Assembly: GCF_006345805.1 (NCBI RefSeq)
Contig: NW_021828330.1
Location: forward strand, 1 to 8,827
Direction of reading: 5' to 3'
Length of the DNA stretch: 8,827 nucleotides
Source of the DNA: Octopus sinensis
Lineage: Eukaryota
In this document: piece by piece, positions 6,463 to 8,827 of the stretch
Position numbering within the stretch: the first letter of the stretch is position 1
How the letters are laid out: the number at the start of each line of letters is the position of its first letter
Position numbers and translations under genes: made by a program
The notes under the pieces: generated by a model
Database searches by the model: none
What the model was told of the DNA's origin: nothing
What the model saw: the letters and a program-made list of their open reading frames with translations, nothing else

Positions 6463-7232
6463 ATTTGTTTCACTCATCAGACTAGTCATGCTGGGGCACC
6501 GCTTTGAAGAATTTTATCAGAACAAATCGGCACCGATATTTACTTTTTTTCAAGAGTGGTAATTACATCGGTTTCTTTTGTCGAACTGCTGAATAACGGA
6601 GACGTAAACACACCAACAGCAGTGGAGGCGCAATGGTCCAGTGGTTAGGGCAGCGGACTCGCGGTCGGAGGATCGCGGTTTCGATTCCCACACCGGGTGT
6701 TCTGTGTGTTTATTGAGCGAAAACACCTAAAGCTCCACGAGGCTCCGGCAGGGGGTGGTGGCGACCCCTTTTGTACTCTTTCGCTCCAACTTTCTCTCAT
6801 TCTTTCTTCCTGTTTCTTGTCCCCCGACTTCCTACGCAACCGCTGAGCCTGGATGCGCATTCATCCATCCGTCGATGCTCTCGGTGTCGGGGGGGTTGAC
6901 CTGCTTTCTCTTCTGCGGGTCTTACGAATAGCAAAGGATCACGTTTCGGTCTTCTCCTATCTTGCAAGCTCTGGGGCGAAGACCGTTCGCTCAATAGCAA
7001 CAGCAACAGCAACACCAACAGCAGTTGTCAAGCGGCGGCGGGGTACAATCACACACACACACACACACACGACGGGCCCCTTTCAGTTTCTGTTTACTAA
7101 ATCCTCTCACAAGACATTAATCGGCTATTCAAGGTCGTAGATCAGAATTGCCCAAGGTGCCACGCAGTGGGACTGAACCCGGAACAATCCGGTTGCGAAG
7201 CAAACTTCTAACTCACAACCAGGCCTACGCCT
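6463..7232 (-). mobile_element. Full-length CORE-type SINE interrupted by a nested SINE
   Basis: Head at ~7232, B box GGGTTCAGTCCC (7180-7169), CORE motif ACCTTGGGCAA (7158-7148), internal (CA)n at ~7050-7070; 3' half resumes at 6623 and runs to ~6463, where it matches the tail at 8787-8827. Confidence 0.85.
6624..7011 (+). mobile_element. SINE family A head and body with an alternative tail (type 2), nested insertion
   Basis: A box TGGTCCAGTGG 6634-6644, B box GGTTTCGATTCCC 6677-6689; diverges from the other family A copies after ~6818; ends in (GCAACA)n; perfect 14-bp TSD ACACCAACAGCAGT at 6610-6623 and 7012-7025. Confidence 0.93.
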
Positions 7233-7452
7233 ACAGAGAGAGAGGATCTGAATTTAATTTAATTAGCAAATGTGAGAGGAATATCATTAAAAAGCCCATT
7301 AAGGCAAACCTGATAAAATGTGATCCGGGTGAAAATGTCTCTCAAGAATGTAAGTTTGATACTTTTTAAGTTAAAAGATCTTTAAAATTATTTTGAAGAA
7401 ATACTTAAGATGGAGGGTGAAGAACTTATCTCAAATATATTAGAATATTAAA

Positions 7453-7531
7453 CATACACACACACACACATATATACATATAAATACATACACACACACA
7501 CACATATATACATATAAATACATACACACAC

Positions 7532-7566
<35 letters not shown>

Positions 7567-7649
7567 CAACACACACACATACATATATATACACATATAT
7601 TATATGCACAGACATACTTATATACATACACACTTATAAACACACCCAG

Positions 7650-7680
<31 letters not shown>

Positions 7681-7994
7681 TATATAAATACACACAATAT
7701 TACATAAACACATGAATAGTATATATACAGACACACAAGATATATATGCACAGACATACATATATACATACACACTTATAAACACACACAGTATATATAT
7801 ATACACACATTATATAAACACACACATATATAATATATATATACACACAATATTACATAAACACATGTATAGTATATATACAGACACACAAGATACATAT
7901 ATATATATACGCACACAATATTATATAAGCAGACACACACATATAATATATATACACACACACACATACACATACATGCGCGCGCGTATATATA
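7453..7994. repeat. TA/CA low-complexity region with a ~142-bp-period duplication
   Basis: GCACAGACATAC at 7606 and 7748; ATATTACATAAACACATG repeated. Confidence 0.9.
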
Positions 7995-7995
7995 T

Positions 7996-8196
7996 TCTTT
8001 TTCTTCTGTAGGCACAAGGCCCGAAATTTTTGGAGGATGGGACTAGTCTATTAGATCGACCCCAGTGCGTAACTGGTACTTAATTTATCGACCCAGAAAG
8101 GATGGAAGGCAAAGTCGACCTCGGTGGAATTTAAACACAAAATGTAAAGACGTACGAAATAGCGCTAACCATTTCGCTCGGCGTGCTAACGTTTCT
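7996..8196 (-). mobile_element. tRNA-derived SINE family C, copy 1 (short tail variant, head clipped by ~16 nt)
   Basis: Shares the central block ACTGGTACTTAATTTATCGACCC..AAAGGATG.AAGGCAAAGTCGACCTCGG with copies 2 and 3; tail CCTTGTGCCTACAGAAGAAAAAGAA on the minus strand. Confidence 0.88.
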
Positions 8197-8379
8197 TATT
8201 TCTTTACTGCCAACAAGGGGCAAAAATAGAAGGGACGAACAAGGACAGACAAACGGATTAAGTCGATTACATCGACCCCAGTACACAACTGGTACTTAAT
8301 TTATAGACCCCGAAAGGATGAAAGGCAAAGACGACCTCGGCGGAATTTGAACTCACAACGTAATGGCAAACGAAATACC
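8197..8379 (-). mobile_element. SINE family C, copy 2 (5'-truncated within the tRNA-like head, long tail variant)
   Basis: ~183-bp direct repeat of 8380-8563; B box GAGTTCAAATTCC retained, A box lost. Confidence 0.9.
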
Positions 8380-8612
8380 TATTTCTTTACTATCCACAAG
8401 GGGCTAAACATAGAAGGGACGAACAAGGACAGACAAACGGATTAAGTCGATTACATCTACCCCAGTGCGTAACTGGTACTTAATTTATAGACCCCGAAAG
8501 GATGAAAGGCAAAGTTCGACCTCGACGGAATTTGAACTCAGAATGTAGAGGCAGACGAATTACCGCTAAGCATTTCATCCGGCGCGCTAACGTTTCTGCC
8601 AGGTCGCCGCCT
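8380..8612 (-). mobile_element. SINE family C, copy 3 (full length, long tail variant)
   Basis: Minus strand begins AGGCGGCGACC-TGGCAGAAACGTT (A-box-like)...GAGTTCAAATTCC (B box); the central GCCTTTCATCCTTTCGGGGTCTATAAATTAAGTACCAG resembles, from memory, the Deu/Nin SINE domain (unverified). Confidence 0.9.
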
Positions 8613-8613
8613 T

Positions 8614-8752
8614 CATACACACACAATATTACACAAACACATACAACACATCCACATATAAAGATACACATAAGAAGTCATATATTCACAAACATACACG
8701 TACGTGTACACATACGTAAAGACACACACAAACACATATTGAGATATACACG
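8614..8752. repeat. CA-rich low-complexity sequence
   Basis: Direct reading. Confidence 0.8.
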
Positions 8753-8756
8753 TACT

Positions 8757-8827
8757 CCCTTTTTCTCTTTTTTTTACTCTTTTTACTTGTTTCAGTCATT
8801 TGACTGCGGCCATGCTGGAGGACCGCC
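8757..8827 (-). mobile_element. 3' tail of another CORE-type SINE copy running off the window
   Basis: TTGTTTCAGTCATTTGACTGCGGCCATGCTGGAGGACCGC matches TTGTTTCACTCATCAGACTAGTCATGCTGGGGCACCGC at ~6465-6502; preceded by (TTTTACTC)-like terminal repeats. Confidence 0.75.

Noticed and set aside
6465-6482. Minus-strand CTGATGA-GT-GAAAC
   Set aside because: No room for stem II and no cleavage triplet or stem; it is a mutated version of the SINE tail (compare AAATGACTGAAAC at 8803-8791).
6075-6562. Five ORFs with ATPRH/VAWRG repeats
   Set aside because: All frames of the pentanucleotide array are open; an artefact of the repeat.
7996-8612. CRISPR-like or Helitron interpretation of the tandem ~183-bp units
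   Set aside because: Units are SINE copies with Pol III boxes; no unique spacers, cas genes, or Helitron termini.

Overview
Non-coding, AT-rich eukaryotic DNA made almost entirely of microsatellites and short mobile elements. No protein-coding gene is supported; the long ORFs in the track are translations of simple repeats or SINE sequence. From memory, the repeat families and TA/CA/GATA microsatellite load resemble octopus (coleoid cephalopod) DNA; this is inference and was not searched. Contents: (i) at least 12 tRNA-derived SINE copies or fragments, mostly from three families (a CORE-type family, a ~380-bp family with two alternative 3' tails, and a third family forming a head-to-tail trimer), including one nested insertion with a perfect 14-bp TSD; (ii) a 201-bp hAT-type MITE with an 8-bp TSD; (iii) a cluster at ~4600-5310 that looks like Penelope-like element (PLE) terminal-repeat remnants. 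The cluster holds a near-intact minimal type I hammerhead ribozyme with a palindromic stem III (minus strand, 4642-4693) and two near-perfect ~41-bp-arm fold-back palindromes whose turning points coincide with hammerhead-like stems. That last pattern suggests ribozyme hairpins primed snap-back DNA synthesis during insertion and is the most interesting signal in the window.
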